Below the pieces are notes generated by a model. It searched no databases. It saw only the letters and a program-made list of their open reading frames with translations, and was not told where the DNA came from. The translations under genes and the position numbers were made by a program. From Mobula birostris (taxonomy: Eukaryota), in NCBI RefSeq assembly GCF_030028105.1, contig NC_092390.1:39910777-39974776 (forward strand): a stretch of DNA of 64,000 nt, given 5' to 3'. Shown here one piece after another: positions 1 to 13,620 of this stretch; the first letter of the stretch is position 1; every line of letters begins with the position of its first letter.

Positions 1-286
1 TCCCCTTACATTTGACTCCCAAAATGCAAATCCTCACTCGTCTGAATTAACTCAATCTGCCATTTCTCTGTCCATGTTTCCAACTGATTCATATCTTGTT
101 GTATCCTTTATCACATCTTTGAATCTTTTCCTCTGTTTGCCAAATAACTACTTTCCATGGCTCTGTCTTATAAGATAATTGGTGACTGACAAGCATGTAA
201 GACTGTCTGATGCTGTATGCTTTGTATTGTCTGAGTAGTAATTTTGCTAATTAATTGGCCGTAATAATGCAGTTTTTCAGTTTTGT

Positions 287-675
287 GTTGGTACATATTG
301 TTCATTCATTATATGCCATGTCGTATGATGTGGGCGATCATGGTCTTCGTATGACCACGATTGCTCTGGGCAGATTTTTCTACACAAGTGATTTGCTATT
401 GCCTCCTTCTGGGCTGTGTCTTTACAAGGTGGGTGACCCCAGCCATGATCGATACTCTTTAGGGATTGTCTTCATGGCGTCAATGGCTGCATAACTTGTG
501 ATATGCACCAGCTGCTTCTACGAACATCCACCCCCTGCTTGCATGGCTTATTGTGACCCTTATCAGGGGGCTAAGCAGGTGTTACACCTGGCCCAAGGGT
601 GACCTGCCAGTTGGCAGAGGGAAGGAGTGCCTTACTTACACCTCCTTTGGTAGAGATGTACCTCCACCCCACCAC
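287..675 (-). mobile_element. RTE-tailed SINE-like repeat (second copy ~25428-25793)
   Basis: Colinear copies; gaaggcaatggcaaaccact motif resembling RTE/BovB 3' ends; (gaat)n tail. Confidence 0.55.
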
Positions 676-1806
676 CTGGAAACCTATTGATTATACAGCA
701 AATTCTCCATATTACTAAATAATATTCTCTGTTCTTTGCATACAGCTGGTTATTATTTATATTTTTTAATCTAAGAAGTTTAATATAAGAAATACTATTT
801 GTGGTAAAAGAAAAAGTCTTTTAGCTCAACAAATTTGTCTTTCAAGTAAATACATCAGTTTGCTGTTTCACTAACTCTGCCCATTTTTTTTGTCCACTAA
901 GAAATTAAATGAAATATAATAAACCCATAAGAAAACAAATCGCGGTAAAATTTCAAGTGCTGTCTTTACTCAAATGAATGGGTAGGAATACCAATTATTT
1001 TCAATGAAACTGTCTTTGAAATAGCCACAGTGACCTTAACATGTTAGGATCTTTCTGTATTTTCTGTGGTAGATCAACACTAGATATTTTCATCATTGGG
1101 TCAGAACTGTTATTACCAATGGTGGTTCCATCCTATGCTTTCCTTCAGACCACAGCACTGTTATGTCCCAAGGTACCTGTATGTGTATCCAGAACAGTTC
1201 AAGAGGTGAGTGGGGAACATTCATGAAGTCTCCACGCAGAGGATGGTCTGTGTAGCTTTCCATGGAAAAAGTACCCTCTCAATGCAGCTGCACCATAAAT
1301 ACCCGGGGAGAAATGTTAGACAGCATTTGTTCAGGGCTCCAGGGAGAGCATTACTTGCAGAACCTAGCTGGACATCCAGTATTTACATCTCAGAGAGGTG
1401 ATTGTTGCAGAGACCATTGCCAAGTCGTGGAGTTCTCCCACTGCCTTACCTATTATTACTGGTACTCTAAACTCAAATAGTCAGATTGGCTGGCTATTTT
1501 TAAATACGGACAGAAGCCACGGCTGATCTGAAAACTCATTTTGCATGCCAGGGGATTCTAAATGAGATTATTTCAGACAATTGTTGACTATTTAACTGGA
1601 GGGAATTGCAGTGGCTTGCGTGACAACATAAGTTATGTTCCTTCCTTTCAGTGTATTTACAATGAAACAGCAAAGCAGAGAATGCAGCAATTGCAAAGCG
1701 AGTCCAGGAAAGTGCATGTATATAGCACAGTACCTCAGTCTTCCCGGCTGCAACTACAACCTAAAGCAAATTGTAATTCCATTGTTTTCCATTCTATGTT
1801 AATGTA

Positions 1807-2341
1807 CAATTCTGTGCAAAAGTCTCAGGTACATATATAAAGCTAGAGTAAGACTTTTGCACAGTACTGCAGTAATTTTATGCATTGAACTGTAATGCTG
1901 CCACAAAAAAATATCTAATTTCATAACATACGTGAGTGAAGATAAACCTGTTTCTGATATGGGTTTCTGTTGTGGGCTGAGAATGGGAAGGGGGCAGGGA
2001 GAGGGGAATCATGATTGGGAAGGGGGAAGGGAGAGGGGAGGGAACAGGAAGCACCAGAGAGATATTCTGTAATGTTCAACAATCCAATTGTTTCGAATCA
2101 AATGACCTTGCCCGGTGTCTCAGAGCTGGGTATATCTGCCCCCCCCACCCCCCCGCACCACCTCCTGCCCCTGGCACCGCTTCTCTGCCACTGTCCCACA
2201 CCCGTCCCACGGCGCTCCCTCCTTGCCATTCCTAACATTCCCGCCAGATTTACAAACCTACTCTCCGCTCAATGTTGACAAAAACAGAATTGTGTAAGAG
2301 TCTTAGGCACACTGGCTATATATATTTTTGCAATGCTACTG
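1807..2341. mobile_element. Second copy of the composite MITE (a third, partial copy is at ~9400-9580)
   Basis: Colinear with 8310-8839 through the hairpin end, LINE tail, G-rich block, gaatcaaatgaccttgc and ccagatttacaaac motifs. Confidence 0.72.
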
Positions 2342-3636
2342 GTCTTAAAACTACTTGGCCCATGGGAATAAACTTGCAATGGGCTGCAATGGGAGGCCTC
2401 AGAGGTCCCCAGGATGTCAAAGGTGACAGGTTTTCAACGGGATTGGTGGAGGGGTGGGATGGGGTAGGCACAGAGTGTTTGTCAAAATTTATCAAGAATT
2501 TAAGGACTACATTGGGGATACACTTAGAGATATTGTAACAAATGATTTCAATACATTTAAGGGCAACCAGGTAAGCATGAGGGAGAATTGAAGGTTATGT
2601 TGATGGGGTTAGATAAAGAAGAAAGAAAGTTTGATGAAGCATAAACATAAGCATAAATCTATTGGAACAAAAGCTGTGTTTCTGTTTTGTTAGCATTCTG
2701 TATTACTGGATAACTGTGTAATTCAATGAAAGCAGTTCTAAGCTTATCAACTAGAAAAAATAAGACTCCAAATAGTGATAAATTGGTGCACCCAGTGGCC
2801 ATTCATTCACTGGTCCAAATAAATTTGTTTAATTTCAAAATTTTGGAAAATAGAGAAAGAGTTGGATCAACATTATTGATTTTGTTTCTCTCTTGACAAT
2901 GCTTTCTTAATCATTGTCAAGTAGTCAGAGGCATTGAATTGCACAGCACTCTGTTATTTAATCATTGCCGTTTTGTGACATAGCTTACAGATAAGCAGAC
3001 AGCACAGCTTGTTAATCTTTAGTATATTGCTGATATTGCTGATGCTTTTAAGGGATATCAGATTTATGACAAGTAATATTACTCCTCCCACGTCAGTAGC
3101 AAGTCTAGACTGTATTCAGTTTGGATGAAAGACTGAATCTTCCCATTTTTTAAAGCATTTGGTTGTGGTTCATAATTTTTCACTGTTTCACTGATAAATT
3201 ACCATCTCACATGAAATGATTTAACACAATTTTACAATTTCTTGTTGTTTATTCTTCTGGGCTGTGAAGTTAATGTTACTCCATTTATTATATATGCAAT
3301 ACATGGCTTCAGGCTGCAGCGTTGCGGTATTTAACTTCTCTTTTTATGTACCTACAGTCTTAAAACAAAATATCTGAATTGTTAAATCTCAAGCACAGCC
3401 AAGGTTTTGATTATTTGGTTTGCATTAGGGTGGGATCAATGAATTCTTCTTCCTCTCCCTGGGTTCTGCAACCATAATCATGTGTCGAACAACACACACA
3501 CAAGGCTGGAGGATCTCAGCAGGTCAGGCAGCATCTGTGGAGAGGAATAAACAGTTGATGGTTTGCGCTGAGCCCCTTCATCAGGACTGGATATCCAGTA
3601 TCTGCAGAATTTCTTGTGTTCATAAATCATGCTGTT

Positions 3637-3890
3637 TATTTATTGAAAAGGAACAGCCACAGCACCCAGCAATCCCCCGATTTAACCCTGGTCTAATCGC
3701 AGAGCAATTTACAATGACCAATTAACCTACCAACTGATATGTCTTTGGACTGTGCGAAGAAATCAGAGCACTGGAGGAAACCCACATGGTCATGGGGAGA
3801 ACGTACAAACCCTTTACAGACAGCGGTGGGAATTGAACCCAGGCAACTGGTACCGTAAAACATTGTGCTAACCGTTATGCTACCATGTCG
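3637..3890 (-). mobile_element. HE1-type V-SINE
   Basis: B-box gggttcaattccc; V-domain (ttctccccatg...gggtttcctcc...tccaaagacat...ttaattggtcattgtaaattg). Confidence 0.8.
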
Positions 3891-4044
3891 AAATAATGTT
3901 TAGCTAACTAAACAGGAATTTCAACAAAGGTGGATTAGACTAATGATTCTTAATTATTTAAGAGTGTTTGATTGGACATCTCAAGTTATTTATACAAAAA
4001 TTATAAAGCGACATTACTCATAGCTTCAAGGCTCTAAGCTCTGA

Positions 4045-4197
<153 letters not shown>

Positions 4198-5097
4198 TGA
4201 ACATTGAGCTTCCATTCCAAATTGTTCTTGCGAATATGGTGCTGAGCTACCGTCTTCAACTGCTGCAGTCCTTCTGGTGAAGGTTCTACCGTAGTCCTTG
4301 TGGGTAGAGTGATCAAGCAGTCTGATCCAGTGACAATGAAGGACTAGCAGCATTCTTCTAAATCAGGATGCTATGTGACTTAGAGAGAAACCACAAGTGG
4401 TAACACTTCCATATGGCTCTGCACTTGTTGTTCTTGGTACTAGAATTATTAGGTTTGTCAAAGTACCACAGTTGAGTAACTGTAGGACATATATTTTTCA
4501 GGTGGTACACACAATAATCACTATACATTGGCCTTGGAAGGACTAAGTGTTTAGAGATATTGATGGTGTATCAAGCATCAACTTTACTTGGGCTAACTTT
4601 GGACTTCTTGGAAATTTCCTTTGCTTCACTCTTCCAGACCAGTGGAAAGTATTACTTTTCCCTTTCACTTTGTAGATGGTAGAAAGGCCTGGTGAAGGCA
4701 CACAGCCTTTGATCTGTTATTGGAGCTATGCCATTATGTTGAGAAACTCCACTGAGTTCTTGGTCAATAGGATATTATGCTGTGGGGACCATATAATGGT
4801 AATACCATTGGATATCAAGAGTTTTGGTAGAGATGGTTACTGCTTGACATTTTTGTGACAAATGTTACTTGCCACTTATCAGCTTATGTCTGGATCTTGT
4901 CTACATCTTCCATGAGCTACTTCCTTTATTGAGGAGCCATGAATAGAATTGAACATTGCACCACCATTAGCAACATGTCCATTTCTGGCCTTACGACAAA
5001 CTATCTGATGATTTTGGATCCAGAGTCCTGCCCTATGGCTAGGTTAATTGATTTGAAGCAACCAAAACATCTTTCTTTATGTGATAAATTACTATAA

Positions 5098-5360
5098 TTA
5101 TGGGGGTTTTCTGCCTTGGACAGTTCCAGGCCTGGCTGTGAAAGAAAGAAGGTTGGGGATGGGGCTAGCGGTCCCATCTATGGAAACCCAGAACTACAGA
5201 AACACCAACAGAAACCCCAAAGACCTCATCCCTGGAGGATGGACCTTCAAAGATGGGCTAAACCTGGGCCAACTTGAAAGATTGGCCCAGGACAGAGGAC
5301 TATGGCGAGCTGTTGTCAGCAGTATGTAGCCTAATAAGGTGATGGGCTTAAGAAGAAGAT
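5098..5360 (+). mobile_element. Internally deleted RTE-X-like non-autonomous element
   Basis: 5' UTR-like segment joined to LGQLERLAQDRGLWRAVV (RTE-X C-terminal motif) and an aagaagaag tail. Confidence 0.65.
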
Positions 5361-5636
5361 AGGAGTTTTGCCTTTGAACCCCATTTGCTTTATTTTTACC
5401 AGAAGCCTTGAAGCCACACACTATCAACTGCTGCCTTAATGTCAAGAGAATCACTTTCACTTCAGTTTTAGAATCAAACTATTTCGTTCTTGTTTGAGCC
5501 AACAATGAGTTGAAGGATCCTAGTTGTTGGTAAGTGGGTTATCAGGAAATTGGTATCACTTGATTATCATGTCACATTATTTTGCTGATGATTGTGGCTT
5601 GACTATTTGGTTGGCGGTGAACTACATTGGATTTGT

Positions 5637-5871
5637 AAACGCAAACACGAGGAAATCTGCAGATGCTGGAATTTCAAGCAAGGCGCATAAAAGTTGCTGG
5701 TGAACGCAGCAGACCAGGCAGCATCTATAGGAAGGGGTACAGTCGACGTTTTGGGCCAAGACCCTTCGTCAGGTTAGTCTTGACCAAGGGTCTCGGCCTG
5801 AAACGTCCACTGTACCGCTTCCTATAGATGCTGCCTGGTCTGCTGTGTTCACCAGCAACTTTTATGTGTGT
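5637..5871 (-). mobile_element. Short palindromic Penelope pLTR insertion with hammerhead motifs on both strands, 14-bp TSD
   Basis: Inverted arms centred near 5775; TSD tacattggatttgt at 5623-5636 and 5872-5885; minus CTGACGA-agggtcttggccc-AAAACGTCgact, plus TTGACCA-agggtctcggcct-GAAACGTCcact. Confidence 0.88.
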
Positions 5872-6358
5872 TACATTGGATTTGTTCTGCTTTTTGTGAA
5901 TGAGATACATCTGGGCTATTTTCCATGTTGTCTGTGTTTTAGCTAAATTGGATCATCTTGGCTAGAGGTTCATCTAGTTCTGGAGCACAGGTCTTCCGTA
6001 TCAGAGCTAGGATATTTCCTGGTCCCATGGCCTTTATCATATCCAGTTCTCTCTTGATATCACATGGAACAAACTGAATTAGCCGGAGGCTGGCCTCTGT
6101 AATGGTGCCAGAGGAAACGGATACAAATCATGTAGATAGTCAAGAGGCTTTTTCCCAGGGCTGAAATGGCTAACACAAGAGGGCACAGTTTTAAGGTGCT
6201 TGGAAGTAGGTACAAAGGAGATGTCAGGAGTAAGTTTTTACACAGAGAGTGGTGAGTGTGTGGAATGGGCTGCCGGCGACGGTGGTGGAGACGGATACGA
6301 TAGGGTCTTTTCAGACTCCTGGATAGGTACATGGAGCTTAGAAAAATAGAGGGCAATG

Positions 6359-7250
6359 GAGAGGATGCTAAGAGGATGCAGGGTGACTTGGATAGGTTGG
6401 GTGAGTGGGCAAATTCATGGCAGATGCAATTTAATGTGGATAAATGTGAAGTTATCCATTTTGGTGGCAAAAATAGGAAAACAGATTATTATCTGAATGG
6501 TGGCCGATTAGGAAAAGGGGAGGTACAACGAGACCTGGGTGTCATTATACACCAGTCATTGAAAGTGGACATGCAGGTACAGCAGGCGGTGAAAAAGGCA
6601 AATGGTATGCTGGCATTTATAGCGAGAGGATTCGAGTACAGGAGCAGGGAGGTACTACTGCAGTTGTACAAGGCCTTGGTGAGACCACACCTGGAGTATT
6701 GTGTGCAGTTTTGGTCCCCTAATCTGAGGAAAGACATCCTTGCCATAGAGGGAGTACAAAGAAGGTTCACCAGATTGATTCCTGGGATGGCAGGACTTTC
6801 ATATGAAGAAAGACTGAATGAACTAGGCTTATACTCGTTGGAATTTAGAAGATTGAGGGGGATCTGATTGAAACGTATAAAATCCTAAAGGGATTGGACA
6901 GGCTAGATGCAGGAAGATTGTTCCCGATGTTGGGGAAGTCCAGAACGAGGGGTTACAGTTTGAGGATAAAGGGGAAGCCTTTTAGGACCGAGATTAGGAA
7001 AAACTTCTTCACACAGAGAGTGGTGAATCTGTGGAATTCTCTGCCACAGGAAACAGTTGAGGCCAGTTCATTGGCCATATTTAAGAGGAAGTTAGATATG
7101 GCCCTTGTGGCTACGGGGATCAGGGGTATGGAGGGAAGGCTGGTGCAGGGTTCTGAGTTGGATGATCAGCCATGATCATAATAAATGGCGGTGCAGGCTC
7201 GAAGGGCCGAATGGCCTACTCCTGCACCTATTTTCTATGTTTCTATGTTT
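6359..7250 (+). mobile_element. CR1 3' fragment (~0.9 kb), same young family as 59168-62482, inserted into an older CR1 3' end
   Basis: About 97% identical by eye to ~61582-62480; RT C-terminus; tttctatg tail. Host CR1 3' end lies at ~6112-6358 and 7251-7348. Confidence 0.93.
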
Positions 7251-8042
7251 CTATAACCCGAGGTAATTTCTAAAGTAAGTACATGTTCTGCACAGCATTG
7301 TGGGCCAAAAGGCTTGTATTGTGCTGCAGGTTTTCTATGTTTCTATGTTTAAATCATTTAGAATTTTAGACTCAAAGAGCAATACAGTGAGGAAACAGGC
7401 TTTTCAGCCTAATTCATCCATACCAACCACGTTGCCTGTCAGAACTAGTCCCACTTGCCTGGGTTTGGCCTAAACCCTTTTCAAACGTTCCTATCCTAGT
7501 CCTTGTTTAAATGTCTTTAAACATTGTAATTGTACCTGCTTCACGTGGCTATATGAAACAGGCTGCCAGAGAGAGTGGTAGGCATGGCTACATAGGTACT
7601 TGGACAGGTACTGTACATGGTAAGGGAAAGTTCAGAGGGATATGGCCCAAATGAAGCAAATAAGAACTTAGTTAGGGAGCTTGATTTGTAAGGGCAAGTG
7701 AAATTGAATGGCCTGCTTTGCTGCTGTACAACTCTATGATTCTATGCCTCTAAGCCTCTTGACCTTTGAGTCTCACCCAAAAAGTGTAGTGAAGTAGCAT
7801 CTGCCTTGTCCACTATGAGGACAGATGACTGGGGTAAAAATCAGAAGGAAGGGAACTAGGTGCTCAGAATAACCATGGGAAAACATTTCTTACAATGCCA
7901 CGTGGACCCCAATGAAGCAACAAAAATAAGGGAAGAAATGACTTTACTGCTTTAGGTAGGTAACATTTTATCAGCTTTCTTTTCAGTTGATCTTAATGGG
8001 TTGCAGAGATTTTTTTTCTCCAATTTGATTTTCATTTTCATC

Positions 8043-8297
8043 TATTTATTTATTTAGAGATGCAGTATGGAACAGGCCAGCAACCCACCTATGTAACACT
8101 AGCCTAATCACAGGACAATTTACAATGACCAATTAACCTATTAGCTGATATGTCTTTGAACTGTGGGAGGAAACCAGAGCACCCAGAGGAAACCCACACA
8201 CTCATGGGTAGAATGTACAAGCTCCTTACAGGCGACACTGGAATTGAACTCGGAATGCCACAAGCTGTAATAGTGTCACACTAACTGCTACATTATG
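8043..8297 (-). mobile_element. HE1-type V-SINE
   Basis: Same V-domain and B-box as 3637-3890. Confidence 0.8.
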
Positions 8298-8309
8298 ATT
8301 ATTCATATA

Positions 8310-8839
8310 CAGTACTGTGCATTAAGCATAAGGCACATACATACATATAGCAAGAGTGCCTGACTTTTGCACAGTACTGTAGTAATTTTATGTATTGTGC
8401 TGCACAACTGCCTCACTGTACTGCAAAGTTCATGACACATTTTGAGTGATGATAAACCTGATTCTGATATGATTCTCTATTGCGGACTGAGAATGGGAAG
8501 GGGGCAAGGAGAGGGGAATCATGGTTGGGAAAAGAGGAAGGGAGAGGGGAGGGAAGCCCCAGAGAAACATTCTGTAATGATCAATAACTCAGTTGTTTAG
8601 AATCAAATGACCTTGCCTGGTGAATCAGGGCTGGGTGCGTCTGCACCTGCACCACCCCACGCCCCTGGAACTCCTTGTCTACCACCTGTCCCACACTCCA
8701 CCCTCACCACTCCCAACATCCTTTTCTCCCTCCAGATTTACAAACTGGCTCTCCACTCCACATTGACAAATACAGTACTGTGCAGAAGTCTTAGGTACCC
8801 GAGCTATATATATGTGCCTAAGACTTTTGCACAGTTCTG
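8310..8839. mobile_element. Composite Tc1-like MITE with ~68-bp self-palindromic TIRs and a captured Rex-Babar 3' tail
   Basis: TA-flanked. 8310-8379 and 8773-8839 are each hairpins (cagtactgtgcaaaagtcttaggcac-like arms) and are inverted relative to each other; LINE tail at ~8382-8470. Confidence 0.75.
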
Positions 8840-9884
8840 TATATAATTGTTGTCACTAATACAATGAATTGAGTTAATATACTTTATTTTATATGTATTT
8901 CCCAACATTAAAAACAATACTACCCCCATCGAGTGAATGTTATAGTCAGTGGAACTGAAGACAGAAGTAGGGACATTATGCTCCTGTCACAGAGGGCATT
9001 GTGAGACCATACGTGGATCGCAATGTGCAGTCGTTGTCTCATACTTAATGAAAGATACTAATGGTTTTGGAAGCAGTTCATGGAAGGAGTATCTTACAAG
9101 GGAAGATTGGGCAGGCTAACCTTGAATTTAGAAGAGTGAGTAGGGCTTGACTGAAACATTGAAGAACCTGAGGAGCATTGACAAGGTGATGTCAATAGGA
9201 GAGCACTCCTTGTACAGAATCTAGAACCAGTGTTCAATGAGTTAAAATACTGGATTATCCATTTAAGATAGGAATGAAGTGAATTTTTTCCTCTCAGGGT
9301 GTTGGGAGTCTTTGGAATTACCGTCCATAGTGACTGGGGAAACGGAGTCTCCAAATAATTTTAAAGCAAAGCTATACAGGTACTTGATAAGCAATAAACC
9401 ATTTGTTTGGAATCAAATGACCTTGCTGCCTGTCCCACACCCCTCCCGCAGTGCTCCAACCTCGCCATTCTCAACATCCTTTGCTCCTGCCAGATTTACA
9501 AACTCGCTCTCCACTCCATGTTGACAAATACAGTGCTGTGTCTTAGTCACCCTGGCTATATATATATGTGCACAGTACCGTAAGATTATACAGCTGAGTA
9601 GTCTACTGTAACTACTTAGCAGATATGTTGCTGGCAAATTTTGTAATCCTCTCTTTATCTCCATTCTGTTGATAGCAGTGGATTTCTATTTTTTCATTTG
9701 CAAGGCTCAGTTTGATTTCTTATGGGTGCATTAGCCACCTGAATATAGCTGGGAGCAGATGAGAGTCAGGAAGGAACAGGACAGTTGGGCTAACATCACG
9801 CACTTTCAACAGATCACTCCCTCTCTGCTGGACTGATACGATTAAGTTCAGAGCCATAGATCATGAGAAAAAAGACCTGGTAGT

Positions 9885-10245
9885 AGTACGCAGCCATCGA
9901 TCCCAGGTTTGTGCCTCTGCGGGCCGTACGCCTGGGCGGGAAGATTTGAAGAACCAGCTGTTGCCCATGCAGTGGGTTCCCCCTCTCCACATCACTGATG
10001 TGGTCCAAGGGAAGGGTAAGTGCCGTTACAGCTTGGCACTAGTGTTGTCGCAGAGGTTGCCAGAGTGAAGTTGTAAACAACATCAAACTGCCTTAGGGAC
10101 CCCAGCTCTGGATTTCTTCCTCAGGATTGACTCCCGAAGCCTTTTCCATGGGTGGGTATGGCCTCAAGGCGGTGGAGTTTTAAAATCAGAATTAACTTCT
10201 CCTAGGTGGGCTGCCATCCAAGGCTGATGAGCCCCACCTGCCCAT
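9885..10245 (-). mobile_element. RTE-related non-autonomous repeat (related copy ~16085-16500)
   Basis: Shared motifs ccccctctcc, cagcttggcac, ggatttcttcctcagg...ctcccgaagcc, aaggcggtggag; (tac)n tail. Family assignment is tentative. Confidence 0.55.
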
Positions 10246-11456
10246 TATTCATTATTATCATCATAAAAAGCCCCAAGCATTCATTATCTATATATTTTTA
10301 ACCATTTTTGACTTATACATTTTACTTTCCATTGCCCTGTCACTGTTGCCTCACTCAGTCTGTCAACGTGCTTTAAGAGTCCAAGAACACAAAAACCAGG
10401 AGTAAAAAAGGCCACATGACCGTTCGAGTCTGCACCATCATACTTTCAATTATGGCTGAACTGATCTTTAGCTTCAACTCACTTTGTGGCTTTGTTCCCA
10501 TAAGCCTTGATCCTTCAGTGCAGAAAAAATCCACCTTAGCTTTAGATATATTTAACAACAGTTATTCATGAATATAATATTAAATGGAGAAATGTTTGAT
10601 GATCACCGTTCATTGAATTTGCACTGCACAAGGAATACATCTGACCCATCATTTTTTGCCTGGGCTACGGCTTCAATAAGATCTCTCCAGAATTGCAAAA
10701 TTTTGTTTATATCGCATTATGATGTGGAAAAAAAATCCTAAAGTGCTTTCCAGAGCTCTGAGAGAAAGGAAACTCAAATTTAATCTATTTCAATCCCTTC
10801 TCCAAGTTCAGTCTCCATACACAAGCCATTAATGACTTTGATATTAATCCTGGAGCATTACTGAAGAATGATTTTCATTTAATTATAGAGAATTCACTGT
10901 CCATCATAGTATCAGCCTCTCAAAATCTCACATGCTCCATAATATAATCAACATTTTTAATAGGTCATGAAAAATTAAGGGAAACTAATAGCATTTATTT
11001 AAGATATATAAGCATTTGTTCAGCAGAAATATTACTGCAGTGCCGTAAAAACAATGCCTTTTACAAGCTGTGCGGACATTGACAGTCCTCTGGAGGCCTG
11101 GAAACCAATGATAAAGTGAAGGCAGCACAGGTTGACTTTTTGCATTGTAACCTTGTCATAGGAAATAACATCTTGAAAAGGTTTAGCATTAGCAATTAGG
11201 GTGGCCTGATATGGCAGCTCTGGCCTCCTGTGTGGAAGATGAGGTTTGTCACATGGAGTGTCCTTACAAAGCCATTTCTTTTTTTTTAACTATTTTGCAA
11301 ATAACATGAGCTGTCAGAAGCATGAAAGAGAAAAATTGAATTTCACTAGCTTGACAGTAGCTTTAAAAATGTTGAACTGAAGGTCATAGACAGATACCAT
11401 TTTCTTTATATTTATGATATACTGTTTTATAAATTTGCCAATTTTATCTTTGTTAA

Positions 11457-11906
<450 letters not shown>

Positions 11907-12149
11907 TAAGTCCATTAATGGCTCTGAAAACATACCCCGTCTCAAGGTTTTCTTCTTTCCTGCTAACTCCCACCCCGAACTCTAGGCAACAAAGTAGATT
12001 TTCTGATTCCCTGCAGAATTGAACACAGACCAGTTAGTTTAATCTTGTGGTGAATAAACTTTTAGAAACAATAATCAGAGTCAGGATTAGCAGCTTGGTT
12101 TAGGGTGGACTGAATGGTGAAAGACAACATGAATATCTTTCTAAAGGCC

Positions 12150-13620
12150 GTCCATGTCCAGCTAAGGTGATAACATTTTTGATGAAGTAATAGAGAGGTT
12201 AGCTGGCCAACGGCGTAGTGGCATCCGCACTGGACTTCGAGGCGAGTGGTCCTAGGTTCAGACCTGGTCAGCTCCTTGCAAGCTTTCCATCTGAGCTGGG
12301 TTGAGCTAGCAATTCAGCTTCATAAAAAGCAGACAAACGCTAAAGAAACAGCAAGGTTGCCACCCAATGCTCCACAAGGAGCAGAGAGAAATAACATCAA
12401 CAACAATAGAGTGGATAATGGCAAATTAAAGCTGATGTGGTATGTTTGGAGTGCCAAAAGGGTATTGGATAAATTGCCACATAATGGGTTTGTCATTAAA
12501 TTTAGATTGAGTTTGAATCAGTATGCATAGAAACCTGGCTATTAGGAAGTATAAGGTAATAGTAATAAGGAGAAACAAAACTAAGTCTTAAGATCAGAAA
12601 GCCTCTCTATGTGGGTCTGTTTCCTTGTCTGTTCACCAGTTTCCATAAGCACTTAGGTTAGAGTGTACAGTGTAGTGTTGTATTCCTGAGGTCAGTATTG
12701 GGAACATTCAATGCTCTCGATAGATATACAGACAGAACTTGCAGATGAATCAAAACTTGGAGGTTTAATGAGGGTAGTGATGCATTTCAATGAGGAGATA
12801 GATTTAGACAGCTGATGTAATGCACGGATAACTGACTGCTGACATTTAATGTTAAGCAAAATGAAATGTTTGTGGTCCGATTGGAAGGATCAGAATCGGG
12901 TTTATTACCACTGGCATGTGACGTTGAAATTTGTTAACTTAGCAGCAGCAGTTATTCACTGGAGGACAAAATGGTGAAGTATGTAGAAGAACAGATCTGG
13001 GGGTACGGGTGCAGAGTTTGTTGAAAGTGTAAGGGCGAGTTTCTGGGCTTTATATGACACGTAAGGTAAAAAATCAAAAAGGTCACAACAAGACTTTATA
13101 AAACTCTGGCTTGGCCTTACCGGAGCTTTGCGTCCACTTATGTGCATTATGCTTTCTGAAAGGTCAGCAGGCTTCGGACAGGGTGCAGAAGAGATTTACC
13201 AAATGATTCCTGTAATAAGGGTCTACAGTTATGTGGATAGACTGTAGAAAAGGAACAGAGAATATTGTGAGCAGTTCAGATTTATAATCATGGAATTTAC
13301 AAAGAGAATGGATAAGGAGAAACTGTTCCTATTGATTAAATACAATGAAGCATAAGAGTAAAAGAATTTGGCAAAAAAAGTGTCGTGAAAAAAAGTTTGT
13401 GTGCAGAGTTGGTGAAGCATCCGGAGAAAACTTATAATGGTAGCAGTGGAGGCAGTTTCAATTATAACATTAAAAAGGAACATGCGTAAGTACCTGAAAG
13501 AAAAGAAGTTGCAGGGATATGGAGAGATGGTGGGAAGTGGAATCAGCTGCTCAACTCCTAGATACCGAACCAAGGGGCTGAATGGCCTGCTGCAGTATAA
13601 CTATTCTGTGTTTCTGTAAA
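12150..13620 (+). mobile_element. Old degenerate CR1, interrupted by a SINE and a Rex-Babar tail
   Basis: Remnants of DK.PH, GSVLG, ADESKLGG, LYKTL, RRFTKMIP and the CR1 3' UTR (gggctgaatggcctgc). Confidence 0.65.
12203..12415 (+). mobile_element. tRNA-derived SINE
   Basis: A-box-like ggcgtagtgg, B-box-like ggttcagacc, (aac)n tail; not a complete cloverleaf. Confidence 0.6.
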
